Shown here one piece after another: positions 1-9,217 of a DNA stretch of 64,000 nucleotides (positions are counted from its first letter, which is position 1; the number at the start of each line of letters is the position of its first letter). Source of the stretch: Candidatus Altimarinota bacterium (GTDB taxonomy: Bacteria > Patescibacteriota > Gracilibacteria > UBA1369); contig OY782391.1 of assembly GCA_963677745.1 (NCBI GenBank), positions 1,024,001 to 1,088,000 on the forward strand, in the 5' to 3' direction. The notes beneath the pieces are model-generated. The model saw only the letters and a list, made by a program, of their open reading frames with translations. It did not search any database and was not told the origin of the DNA. A program made the position numbers and the translations under genes.

Positions 1-566
1 TCCGGCAGATAGCTGCCGTCTCCCCTTGCCTCGATCAATAATTTCTGACGGCCGAATTCAACGTAGGGAGCATACCATTGGTCGGATTTTACATCCGTAT
101 ACGGATCGGCGGTTACAGTCGGAAGCGATAAATCGGGAATCAACCCGCTGTAAATAATTTTCAGACTTTCTGTGGCAGTAATCTCATTGGCGGGTTTAAA
201 CAAACCATCCTGATAGCCCTGAACCTCGCCCAGATTATAGGCGGATTCAACATAACCATAAAACCAGTCAGTCTTGTTTACGTCGGGAAAATTCAAAGTC
301 TTTGCTACGGGCACTTCCGGCAGAGATAAAGCTTTTCGGGCCAGAAAAACCAGTTTCAGGGCTTCCGCTCTGTTGATGGTATTGTCCGGGCGGAAAGTGC
401 CGTCAGGATAACCTGAGGTGATGCCTTTCACCTTTAAAAAATCGATGGCGGCGGCCCTTTCACTTTTACCGGAAACATCAGGGAACGGGTCACCCAAGGC
501 CTGGACTACTGTCTGTCCCGTTAATAAGGCCAGCAACAGTCCCAGACTGATAATCTTTTTTTTCAA
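1..566 (-). CDS. S-layer homology (SLH) domain protein; runs off the window start
   Basis: Manual translation from TTG at 566: MKKKIISLGLLLALLTGQTVVQALGDPFPDV...GITSGYPDGTFRPDNTINRAEALK. Signal peptide plus SLH motifs. Missing from the ORF track because it is truncated. Confidence 0.85.
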   Translation of the reverse strand, partial: MKKKIISLGLLLALLTGQTVVQALGDPFPDVSGKSERAAAIDFLKVKGITSGYPDGTFRPDNTINRAEALKLVFLARKALSLPEVPVAKTLNFPDVNKTDWFYGYVESAYNLGEVQGYQDGLFKPANEITATESLKIIYSGLIPDLSLPTVTADPYTDVKSDQWYAPYVEFGRQKLLIEARGDGSYLP

Positions 567-570
567 GATT

Positions 571-1764
571 TTATTTGGTTAATTCTGTTTCAATTAACTG
601 GATGAAAGGAGCTTTTTCCATGGCCCCTCCAATAAATATTTTATTTATAAACAGACTGGGAGTACCGGCTATTCCGAATTCGATTCCCTCAGCCGTGTCC
701 TTATTTACCCGGTCGGCATACTTACCGCTTTTTACGCAGCTCAGGACTTTATCGGCATTGGCTCCGGCCTGTTTGGCCGCCAGCTTAAGCTGATCATAGA
801 CAGCCGTTTCAAAATCTTCTTTTTGCATCGCGGCATAAAAATCGGCTTCCATCTGGTAGAGTGTCGCCATCATTGTATCGAGTTTTCCCTGGTCAGCCGC
901 ACATTCCACGGATTGCGCCAGTAACAGATCAACGCCTCCGCGATTAAAATGCTTGATCACCAGACTTATTTTGTTTCCGTATGTTGCCAGCACCTCCTGT
1001 AAAATGGGATACATTGCCTTACAATAACCGCAGCTGAAACTGGCATATTCCATAATCAGAATTTTGGCTTTTGCAGGATCTGCTCCCAGATGCCTGGCCT
1101 CGCCGACTGCGGGCTGCACCATATATTCCATGCCCTCCGATTGAAACTGATAAAGGCCTCCCTTGCTCAATACGGCATCTGCAAACAGTGAATATTGGGG
1201 ATGTTGTTTGATGTTTTCATCAACAATAAATATCGGCAGGAATTTGGCGTCCAGTTTGGATATATAGGACTTGGCCCTTTCGTCGTTCTTATCGATCCAG
1301 GTGGCCGAGGTCTTGGTGTTTTTCAGGTTGGCTTCAATGTTCTTCAAATATGACTCGATATTGGTTTTCATCTGTTTGTTTTCCTGGTTGTAGATGATGG
1401 TCATTTTCATCAGGAACGGTTCGGCTTTCACTTCTTCTTTTTTCTCACCGGTTTCCAGCTTGAACAGGCCGGTTGTATTTAACAGTCGGTTAAAGTTGTT
1501 TTTGAAATACTGGTTATTTTCATATAAAAGCAGTGAAACAAACACCAGGATCAAAACCGCCGAAACGATTACCCACCAGTATCCGCCGGTTCTTTTTGGG
1601 GAAGTTGCGGCAGCGGAAGGGGTCTCGCTGCTGGGAGCCTGTTCCATCACCCGGTGCAATTTTTCCTCGACGATATGAGGTTTTTTTGTGGCGGCTTTCT
1701 TCGGGGAAAACAGCTTTTTAAATTTAAGAAATTTGTTTTTTAGCGGTTTTTCTGCTTTGGGCAT
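571..1764 (-). CDS. Membrane-anchored DsbA/thioredoxin-fold oxidoreductase
   Basis: TM helix, EYASFSCGYC (CxxC) and GIAGTPS cis-Pro loop. Start moved to ATG 1764 (MPKAEK) to avoid overlap with the upstream gene. Confidence 0.85.
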   Translation of the reverse strand: MPKAEKPLKNKFLKFKKLFSPKKAATKKPHIVEEKLHRVMEQAPSSETPSAAATSPKRTGGYWWVIVSAVLILVFVSLLLYENNQYFKNNFNRLLNTTGLFKLETGEKKEEVKAEPFLMKMTIIYNQENKQMKTNIESYLKNIEANLKNTKTSATWIDKNDERAKSYISKLDAKFLPIFIVDENIKQHPQYSLFADAVLSKGGLYQFQSEGMEYMVQPAVGEARHLGADPAKAKILIMEYASFSCGYCKAMYPILQEVLATYGNKISLVIKHFNRGGVDLLLAQSVECAADQGKLDTMMATLYQMEADFYAAMQKEDFETAVYDQLKLAAKQAGANADKVLSCVKSGKYADRVNKDTAEGIEFGIAGTPSLFINKIFIGGAMEKAPFIQLIETELTK

Positions 1765-1766
1765 TT

Positions 1767-2195
1767 TTACTGGGTTAATTTTGGTATTGGGCAGCCGCTT
1801 TCTGCGGCCAGTTTTTGAAAAGTTTGAATTCCGGTCAGTAATTTTGTTCCATTTCCCCAGACAGGGTAGTAAGACAGGCCCTTTTCCCGGCAAATAGTTT
1901 CCTGAAAATCACAATTTATATAATGTATCTGTTCAAAAGCCTGTCCAAATATTTTTTTCTGCGCCAGACAGTATTCACAAGTATCCACACCATACATTAT
2001 CCACCCCTTTTTCATCAAGCACTTGGCAAAATCAATTCTTTCCTGCAAGTTTTGTAGCTTGGTGTCGGTTACCTGATTTTCCGGCGGGGAATCCGTCCCC
2101 AGAAATAGTTTTAGGCAGGCCAACAGGACTATCAGTGCCAGTAAAATCTTCAGTCCCGTTTCCAGTTTGATCTTTTTCCGGGAAGACTTATTCAT
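1767..2195 (-). CDS. Membrane-anchored thioredoxin-like protein (resembles the VKOR-associated Trx domain)
   Basis: N-terminal TM helix; MYGVDTCEYCLAQKKIFG, YINC...C and YPVW motifs. Confidence 0.75.
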   Translation of the reverse strand: MNKSSRKKIKLETGLKILLALIVLLACLKLFLGTDSPPENQVTDTKLQNLQERIDFAKCLMKKGWIMYGVDTCEYCLAQKKIFGQAFEQIHYINCDFQETICREKGLSYYPVWGNGTKLLTGIQTFQKLAAESGCPIPKLTQ

Positions 2196-3573
2196 TTACC
2201 GGATCCTTAGGATTGTAGAAATCAAGATTTTTTTGACCGATTCTTTTGATCACTTCTTCCACCACGCGGGACATTTTAACGGTGGACTGTGTTCCCAGGG
2301 TCATGTCCCTGATGATAGCGGTACCTTCGCGCACTTCGGTCAGTCCGATCAGGATGCAGAAAGGCGCTTTGAAACGGTCGGCGATTTTAAGCTGATTTTT
2401 AATAGCCCCCTTGCCCAGAGCACCCATGGTTTTGACGCCTCGCTCCCGCAATTCATTGATCAGCGGCAGACAGATTTTCTTTGCTTCACGTCCCAATTGG
2501 GCTACAAAAACGTGCAGATCGTCCTTGCTGGGCACGCGCACCTTATTGCGTTTCATTTGTGCAATCACTCTTTCCAAGCCCATGGCGAACCCTATGGCCG
2601 GAGTAGGCACGCCTCCCAATAATTCGATCAGTCCGTCATAGCGTCCGCCTCCTCCCACCGAATTTTGGCCGCCCCGCTTTTCGTCCCAGAACTCGAAGAC
2701 GGTCTGGCTGTAATAATCCAAGCCGCGCACCAGTGTGTCATTGGAGGTGAAGTTGATTCCCAGGTCAGTCAGGTATTCCAGCACTTCTTCATGATAACTC
2801 TGGCTTTCCTTGGAAATGAAATCTTTGAATTTTGGCGCGGACTGGTTGAGGATGATTGTATCCTCATTTTTGGAATCCAGAATGCGCAGCGGGTTTTTGA
2901 CCAGTCTCACCTTGTCCTCCTCCGACAGATAGCGTTCTTTGCCGTAATAATAATCCCTCAATGCGTCGGCATAGATTTTACGGGATGGCAGGTCCCCGAT
3001 ATTGTTGATCTGCAGACGCAGGGTGTCGGCAATTCCCAGGTCCTGATAGATGCGGTAAGCCAGTAAAATGGCCTGTGCATCAAGTGAAGGGTCACTCTCT
3101 CCGATCACTTCAAAACCAAACTGGAAAAATTGGCGATAACGCCCGGCTTGCGGTCTTTCATAACGGAAATGAGGTTCGATATAATACAGTTCCACCGGCT
3201 GCGGCCAGTTTTGCATACCGTTTTGAATATAGGAGCGGCAGATGGCAGCGGTGCTTTCCGGTTTCAAGGTCAGAGAGCGGCCTTTTTTGTCCTCAAATGT
3301 ATACATCTCCTTGCTGACGATATCGGTAGCTTCACCGACGCTCCTTTTGAAAACTTCGGTGAATTCAAAAATTGGCGTGGAAATTCTGCGGAAACCGGCC
3401 TGGCGGCAGCGGTGTCTGACAATCTTTTTAATGTAGGTATAAAAATCCTGATCAACCGGCAAAATATCATGAACGCCTTTTGGGGTCTGGAAAGGCGGAT
3501 TTAATCCGGCGTCCTCGGAGTCATCTTCTTCCGTTACCGGATTATTGGAATTTTTTTGTTCGTCTGTCGACAT
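2188..3573 (-). CDS. hisS: Histidine--tRNA ligase
   Basis: PKGVHDILP, FRYERPQAGRYRQF, LVRGLDYY and GGGRYDGL motifs. Confidence 0.98.
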   Translation of the reverse strand: MSTDEQKNSNNPVTEEDDSEDAGLNPPFQTPKGVHDILPVDQDFYTYIKKIVRHRCRQAGFRRISTPIFEFTEVFKRSVGEATDIVSKEMYTFEDKKGRSLTLKPESTAAICRSYIQNGMQNWPQPVELYYIEPHFRYERPQAGRYRQFFQFGFEVIGESDPSLDAQAILLAYRIYQDLGIADTLRLQINNIGDLPSRKIYADALRDYYYGKERYLSEEDKVRLVKNPLRILDSKNEDTIILNQSAPKFKDFISKESQSYHEEVLEYLTDLGINFTSNDTLVRGLDYYSQTVFEFWDEKRGGQNSVGGGGRYDGLIELLGGVPTPAIGFAMGLERVIAQMKRNKVRVPSKDDLHVFVAQLGREAKKICLPLINELRERGVKTMGALGKGAIKNQLKIADRFKAPFCILIGLTEVREGTAIIRDMTLGTQSTVKMSRVVEEVIKRIGQKNLDFYNPKDPVNE

Positions 3574-3682
3574 AATTTTACAAAGTTAAGAACAGGCTAA
3601 AGCCTCAAACCCAACTCCGCATTTAAAATGCGGCTGCTGAAAATATACTACGAAACCGGTTGAGTGGAAAGGGGAGTTTTGG

Positions 3683-4711
3683 CTATTGCTCAAGTTCGGA
3701 AAAATCTTTTCTGAACTCTTTTTTCATCAGATGATATCCCTTGTGCCAGCCGCGTATCAATCCCAGTAATACAAAGATAAAATCCCTCAGACGGATGATA
3801 AAGACAAAAGCAAAGGCGTTGATTGAAACACCCAACAGGGCAAAAATTGTGGCGTGGCCGCTTTCCAGTATACCCAGCCCACCTGGAATTGGCAGCAGAT
3901 AAGCAAAATAAGGGATGGTGCTGGCCAGGAAAGCCTGCAGAAAAGTTAATCTTACTCCCATGAACCAGGCTACCAGAAAATGTTCGATCAGGATGAACAG
4001 CACCGTGAAGATGGAAATACCCAACAAAATCCACAGCGTTCGGGGATTGTGATGGTAAAAAGCATTCATTTCTTTTTCAAAACTGTCCAGTTTCTCCTCC
4101 AGATGTTGCAGCCGGCCGATCTTTTTAAGATGCAGTAATTTATAGATGGAACTGAAAAATCCGATGCTGCGGATGGACGAATAATAAAACCAGAACACCA
4201 GAAGCAGCATCAGGGCGGCGGCGATTGCCATCACCGGTTTGGAAAACACCAGCACCCGGTCGTCAAACAGGGCTACCACTATTCCGCAGGCGATAAAAAT
4301 TATCAGTGTGGAAAATTCCAAAGCCTTGTCGATGATGGTGGAAGATACCGCCGTTTTTCTGGGAACGCCTTCTTCTTCGATCAGCATTATGCGCAAGGGT
4401 TCTCCGCCCATCTGGGCGGAAGGAGTTACATAACTCAGCGCGTAGGCTGCCATGCGATTCCAGAAAAAAGTGGAACTGGGGATTTTTTTCTCCTTAAACA
4501 GCACTTTGGTGATAATTTCCCAGCGCAGGCTGTACAGATAAAAATTCAGGAAGGATAAGCCTACGAAAAACAGAAACTTCAGCAAAGAAAATTCCTTGAG
4601 TACTTTGATGATATTACCGAGCCCCGAATTGTAGACCGAGATAATAAAGAGAACAATTCCCAGAATCAGGAAGGCCAGGAAAATTACGGTTTTTTTGTTG
4701 AGTTTTTTCAT
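3683..4711 (-). CDS. Lysylphosphatidylglycerol synthase TM / UPF0104 flippase-like membrane protein
   Basis: Multi-TM; RW...TPSAQMGGEPLR and PIPGGLGILE motifs. Confidence 0.85.
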   Translation of the reverse strand: MKKLNKKTVIFLAFLILGIVLFIISVYNSGLGNIIKVLKEFSLLKFLFFVGLSFLNFYLYSLRWEIITKVLFKEKKIPSSTFFWNRMAAYALSYVTPSAQMGGEPLRIMLIEEEGVPRKTAVSSTIIDKALEFSTLIIFIACGIVVALFDDRVLVFSKPVMAIAAALMLLLVFWFYYSSIRSIGFFSSIYKLLHLKKIGRLQHLEEKLDSFEKEMNAFYHHNPRTLWILLGISIFTVLFILIEHFLVAWFMGVRLTFLQAFLASTIPYFAYLLPIPGGLGILESGHATIFALLGVSINAFAFVFIIRLRDFIFVLLGLIRGWHKGYHLMKKEFRKDFSELEQ

Positions 4712-4785
4712 GGGACTGCGCGCGTCGGGCGGCGGTTAATACATTACGAACGTTTATGACGGGGTACTGAGCAGCATACAAAAAT

Positions 4786-5910
4786 TCAAGCTGCTACTGA
4801 TGAGTTGGTCTCATAAAGATCAAGCTGCGGTTCAGGGAATTCCCTGGCTACCGGAGAGTATTTTTTCGGGTATTGTTGCAAATAATAATAGGCGGCCCCG
4901 GCAATCATGGCGGCGTTATCGGTGCAGTAATGCAAAGTCTTGCTGTAGCGGAGTTCGGTTCCGGCGGGCAATGCAGGCATTTTTTCGATCACCATTTCAC
5001 GCAGCCGGGAATTGGCAGAAACGCCGCCGGCTAGATGTATTTCCTTGGCACCGTACTTTTTGGCGGCCTGAATCAGTTTTTCACTTAATATGTCGCAGAC
5101 GCATTCCTGAAAGCTGGCGGCGCAGTCAGCGGCAAATTGCGAAGTCAATTTGCCGTGCATTTTATGAAATTTTTCCACTTCCCGCAAAACGGCGGTCTTA
5201 AGTCCCGAAAAACTAAAATTGAAGTTGCCGGCTTTGACCAGAGCGCGGGGAAAATTGATGGCCCTGGGATTACCTTTCAAGGCGGCTTTACTGATAGCCG
5301 GTCCTCCGGGATAACCCAGATTGAGCAGACGCGCCACTTTGTCAAAAGCCTCTCCGGCTGCATCATCCAGAGTTTCACCGATCATCTCGAACTGTAAATC
5401 CTGGCGCAGCAGCACCAGTTCATTGTGGCCGCCGGAGACGGTCAGTACCACCACCGGAAAATTCACCTGATCCCCGGCTTCCAGATCCAGCCAGTTGGCG
5501 TAAATATGCCCGGCCACATGATGCACCGGAATTAAAGGCTTGTTGAGAACCCTCGCCAGAGTTACCGCGGCACTGTAACCGATTAACAGTGAGCTCAGCA
5601 GTCCCGGGCCGCGCGTGACGGCGATCGCGTCGATGTCGGTTAATTTCATACCAGCCGGTTCTCCATCTGCATCAATAATCTTAGCTTTAGTTAACGCCTC
5701 CTCAATCACCGCCCGTACTTTCAGTACGTGCTCACGCGCAGCCACTTCCGGAACTACGCCACCTGTGGCGGCGTGAATATCAATCTGCGAAGCGATCACT
5801 GACGATACAACCAGTCTGCCGTTTTCCACGATGGCGCAGGCGGTTTCATCACAGGAACTTTCGATGCCGAGTATTCTGATTACACCTTTTTGAGTGGCAG
5901 CCTGCTTCAT
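4786..5910 (-). CDS. tsaD: tRNA N6-threonylcarbamoyltransferase TsaD
   Basis: ILGIESSCDET, GGVVPEVAAREH, HHVAGH, GETLDDAAGEAFDK and TDNAAMI motifs. Confidence 0.98.
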   Translation of the reverse strand: MKQAATQKGVIRILGIESSCDETACAIVENGRLVVSSVIASQIDIHAATGGVVPEVAAREHVLKVRAVIEEALTKAKIIDADGEPAGMKLTDIDAIAVTRGPGLLSSLLIGYSAAVTLARVLNKPLIPVHHVAGHIYANWLDLEAGDQVNFPVVVLTVSGGHNELVLLRQDLQFEMIGETLDDAAGEAFDKVARLLNLGYPGGPAISKAALKGNPRAINFPRALVKAGNFNFSFSGLKTAVLREVEKFHKMHGKLTSQFAADCAASFQECVCDILSEKLIQAAKKYGAKEIHLAGGVSANSRLREMVIEKMPALPAGTELRYSKTLHYCTDNAAMIAGAAYYYLQQYPKKYSPVAREFPEPQLDLYETNSSVAA

Positions 5911-5998
5911 TTATAAAAAAAGAATTTGCCTTGGGAGTTATCTTTAGGCGACCAGCATGATACAATATTTACAAGATAAATAAAATAAAACTTAACTC

Positions 5999-7318
5999 AT
6001 GTTCGTCACAGCCATCGATTTGGTTCGCACCTTGCAGAAAGCCGGTTATACGGCCTACTTTGCCGGGGGCTGCGTGCGCGATATGCTGATGGGTCATGCT
6101 CCCAAGGATATCGACATAGTTACCAACGCCCTGCCGGACGAACTGGAGCAGATTTTCGAACATACCATTCCGGTCGGTAAAAAATTCGGGGTGATTCTGG
6201 TGGTACAAAACGGTCATCATTTCGAAATTGCCACCTTCCGTTCCGATGCCGGCTACTCCGACGGACGCCGGCCCGATGCCGTGATTTTTACTCATCCGGA
6301 AAATGATGCGCGTCGCCGTGATTTCACCATCAACGGTATGTTTTACGATCCAATTACCGAAAAATATCTGGATTATGTGGACGGACAAAAAGACCTGGCG
6401 GCCAAACTGATCCGTTTCATCGGCAACGCCGAAGAACGCATTCTGGAGGATCATCTGCGTTTACTGCGTGCCGTGCGATTCAAAAATCAGTTTGATTTTC
6501 AGTATGAGCCTGAAACCTACGAAGCCGTGCAAAAATACGCCCCGCTGATTCTGGAAAAAGTATCCACTGAAAGAATCCGCGATGAATTCTGCAAGATGTT
6601 GATGGATAAAACCCGGCCTTCCATGGCTTTCGAGGACATGAGTCATCTGGGAATCTTAAAATTAATCTTACCGGAGCTGGAGCGCCTCCGGGGCTGCCCC
6701 CAACCCTTTGAATACCATCACGAAGGCGATGTCTGGACACATACCATGGCGGCCATCGACAGCCTCCCGCCGGAGGCGCCCCTGATTGCCCGCCTGTCCA
6801 CGCTTTTCCATGATATCGGCAAGCCGGACACCTTCGCGCTTAAGGAGCGTATCCGCTTTGACTCGCACGCTTCCATCAGTGCCGAACTGTCGCGCCAGAT
6901 CATGAAACGTCTCAATTTCAGCACCGAGCAGATCGATGCAGTGGCCTGGTGCATCGAACATCACATGATGATGGCCAGCTTTCTGACCATGAATGACAGC
7001 CGCCTGATGCATTGGCTGCATCATCCCCAAATGGAAAATATGCTGACTCTGATGAAGGCCGATGCCGCCGGAACCGAACCGGGGGATTTCTCTTTTTACA
7101 ACGAAATCGAAAAACTATTCCGCCTCCGCCTGAAAAAATTCCCGGAACCCCCGCAGCCGTTTTTGACCGGTGAGGAAATTATGAAACTGACCGGCCTCCC
7201 TGCCGGCTCCCGCATCGGGAAGCTGAAAGACCAGCTCTATGAACTGCAGGTGGACGGCAAACTGAAGACCTGCGAAAAGGCCGAGAAATGGCTGAAAGAT
7301 AACTTCAAAAAGGCCTGA
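5999..7318 (+). CDS. cca: CCA tRNA nucleotidyltransferase / poly(A) polymerase family with HD domain
   Basis: GGCVRD..DID, DARRRDFTIN, EDHLRLLRAVRF, EGDVWTH and FHDIGK motifs. Confidence 0.92.
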   Translation: MFVTAIDLVRTLQKAGYTAYFAGGCVRDMLMGHAPKDIDIVTNALPDELEQIFEHTIPVGKKFGVILVVQNGHHFEIATFRSDAGYSDGRRPDAVIFTHPENDARRRDFTINGMFYDPITEKYLDYVDGQKDLAAKLIRFIGNAEERILEDHLRLLRAVRFKNQFDFQYEPETYEAVQKYAPLILEKVSTERIRDEFCKMLMDKTRPSMAFEDMSHLGILKLILPELERLRGCPQPFEYHHEGDVWTHTMAAIDSLPPEAPLIARLSTLFHDIGKPDTFALKERIRFDSHASISAELSRQIMKRLNFSTEQIDAVAWCIEHHMMMASFLTMNDSRLMHWLHHPQMENMLTLMKADAAGTEPGDFSFYNEIEKLFRLRLKKFPEPPQPFLTGEEIMKLTGLPAGSRIGKLKDQLYELQVDGKLKTCEKAEKWLKDNFKKA

Positions 7319-7339
7319 AATCTTTCAATACAGGGGCTA

Positions 7340-7368
7340 TTGACAAAACTACAAAAGTATTGTAATGT
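7340..7368 (+). promoter_or_regulatory. Sigma70-like promoter upstream of ORF 7471
   Basis: TTGACA-17 nt-TAATGT. Confidence 0.55.
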
Positions 7369-7470
7369 GTTAATCTGTTTCGTCGAGCATGGGGAAACCC
7401 GTTGCTCCGGGACTGACAATCGAAAATTCGAGGACACTAACTAAGCGCTATTTGCGCTTGCGAGGTATGT

Positions 7471-8010
7471 ATGAAGGCGAAGTTTTTTTGTGGTCTCGTG
7501 TCGTTGCTTGGGCTCGTCGTCGCAGGGAATAACTGCGCTCGCAGTGAAACCCGTGAGACGACGGTCGATAGCTTAAGCGTCGCTGTTACCGTCACTGACG
7601 GGCACGCCGCGACATCGACGGAGTCAGACAGTTACAACTGCCTGACCGACCCAACGAGGGGGCAGGAATGTCTGATCGGGGGAACGTACTTTCCTGTGTA
7701 CGGCACCTGGCAGTGCGCGGCAAGCCAAGAAGGCCTGATTTGCATCATCGACGAGGCAGAGTTCCATCGTCCGAGGGCCGGCGCAGAGTGCCGGTACTCG
7801 GGTGTTGAGATCTGCGACGGCCTCGACAACAACTGCGACGGCCAGGTCGATGAAGGACTTCTCAATACCTGTGGTCTTTGCGGGCCAGAGCCAGTTGAGA
7901 CCTGCAACGGCAGGGACGACAACTGCAACGGCCAGATCGACGAAGGGGTGGCCGACTGCACAGTTCTTGACTACGGCTTCCTCAACTGGAATCTCCTCGA
8001 CTTAAGGTAA
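7471..8010 (+). CDS. Secreted Cys-rich protein with two MopE-like putative metal-binding motifs
   Basis: Signal peptide; EICDGLDNNCDGQVDEG and ETCNGRDDNCNGQIDEG repeats; GAGGT SD upstream. Confidence 0.8.
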   Translation: MKAKFFCGLVSLLGLVVAGNNCARSETRETTVDSLSVAVTVTDGHAATSTESDSYNCLTDPTRGQECLIGGTYFPVYGTWQCAASQEGLICIIDEAEFHRPRAGAECRYSGVEICDGLDNNCDGQVDEGLLNTCGLCGPEPVETCNGRDDNCNGQIDEGVADCTVLDYGFLNWNLLDLR

Positions 8011-8043
8011 AAAATATCCAAACCGGGTCAATATTGACCCAGA

Positions 8044-8196
8044 AAGACGTGTCTATCGAATTTTTATCGGTTTCGGTCTCTGTGTTATCAGGTGGCCGAC
8101 ACCAAACCCGGCGGGTACATCCCGCACACGGCCCCACCAACATATGAGTGGGGCTATTCGACATTCCCGTCTTCAGCAATCTTTATGAAGATTTTT
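8044..8196 (+). ncRNA. Candidate structured RNA element (multi-way junction) 3' of ORF 7471
   Basis: Nested complementary segments AAGACG/CGTCTT, TCGAAT/ATTCGA, TCGGTC/GGCCGA, GCGGG/CCCGC and GGCCCCAC/GTGGGGCT. Confidence 0.45.
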
Positions 8197-8256
8197 CCAA
8201 AACACCAGCCGGCGTAGATTTGCTAAAGATCAAAAAAGAAAAAATATAAGCCTTGA

Positions 8257-9051
8257 TTAAGACACAGTCTGATCCAAATTTTGTTTACTGATTCCGTATA
8301 CCTGTTTTAGAGCCATCAGCAGCATCTCTGCCTCGGCCAGCTTGTTTTCATCTATCAACTCGATCACCGGCAGCATTTCCTTGCCGATATCTTCACCCCT
8401 TTTCTCAATCACCGGCAGTAAATCCAGAAATTTATCCATTGCCTCCAGTCTGCCGGTCTTAGCCACCTGTATCAGAAAATATACATAGATTTCCGGTTTA
8501 CCATCGAGCTTTTCCAGATACATGGAAGTCATCTCCGCCATGGTCAGATCCACTTCCATGATCAGATCCAGATACCAGTTGGCCACCCGCCAGTTTCTGG
8601 GCGAGATCATTCCCAGACTGGTCAGTATGGCCAGGGGACTCTTTACCGGATGATCGGAATTAAAACTGAACAATTTAAACATAAACAGTTCCAAATCCTG
8701 CGGTTCCATCGGCAATTCATCAAGCAACTCCACCAGGCGGATCAAAGCGTGATGGTCTTCAATAGCCGCGAGCGCCTTCAGGTGTTTCAGGACTACGTGA
8801 AAATGAGGGGAGTCTTTGCTGTTTCTGACCAAATATCTGCGCAGACTGCTGCTGAGAGCCACCCATTCCGGTTCTGTACCGTTAAAACCCAGGTCATTTC
8901 TAAGCTGCGGTATCAGACCGTCATCAATCCTGTTCTCCGGAACCTCATCCGGCAGCATCTCCGTGACTTCATTTACCGGCTTTGTGTGATCAATTATCAG
9001 TCCCGTTCCATCTCCCAATGAGGAAAGAGACATCCTGGTTTTTATACCCAT
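8257..9051 (-). CDS. Hypothetical helical protein
   Basis: Long ORF; start probably ATG 9051 or 9033 rather than 9153, which overlaps the divergent promoter region. Confidence 0.65.
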   Translation of the reverse strand: MGIKTRMSLSSLGDGTGLIIDHTKPVNEVTEMLPDEVPENRIDDGLIPQLRNDLGFNGTEPEWVALSSSLRRYLVRNSKDSPHFHVVLKHLKALAAIEDHHALIRLVELLDELPMEPQDLELFMFKLFSFNSDHPVKSPLAILTSLGMISPRNWRVANWYLDLIMEVDLTMAEMTSMYLEKLDGKPEIYVYFLIQVAKTGRLEAMDKFLDLLPVIEKRGEDIGKEMLPVIELIDENKLAEAEMLLMALKQVYGISKQNLDQTVS

Positions 9052-9217
9052 AAAATTTAAATCAAAATCTGAGGCGGATATAATGAGGAAAATATAAAAA
9101 GTGTCAATAAAGTCAGTAAAAATCTGTTGCAACTTGCCAAAATCACCCGTCATCTGTATATCCGTTACTGATCGAACTGGTATTGAACCGGTTAAACCAA
9201 AACAACTTCACGACCCC

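Noticed and set aside
3574-3682. T-box leader upstream of hisS (also considered for valS, alaS and aspS)
   Set aside because: The leaders are too short and lack the UGGNACC T-box; only a simple hairpin CCGCATTT/AAATGCGG is present.
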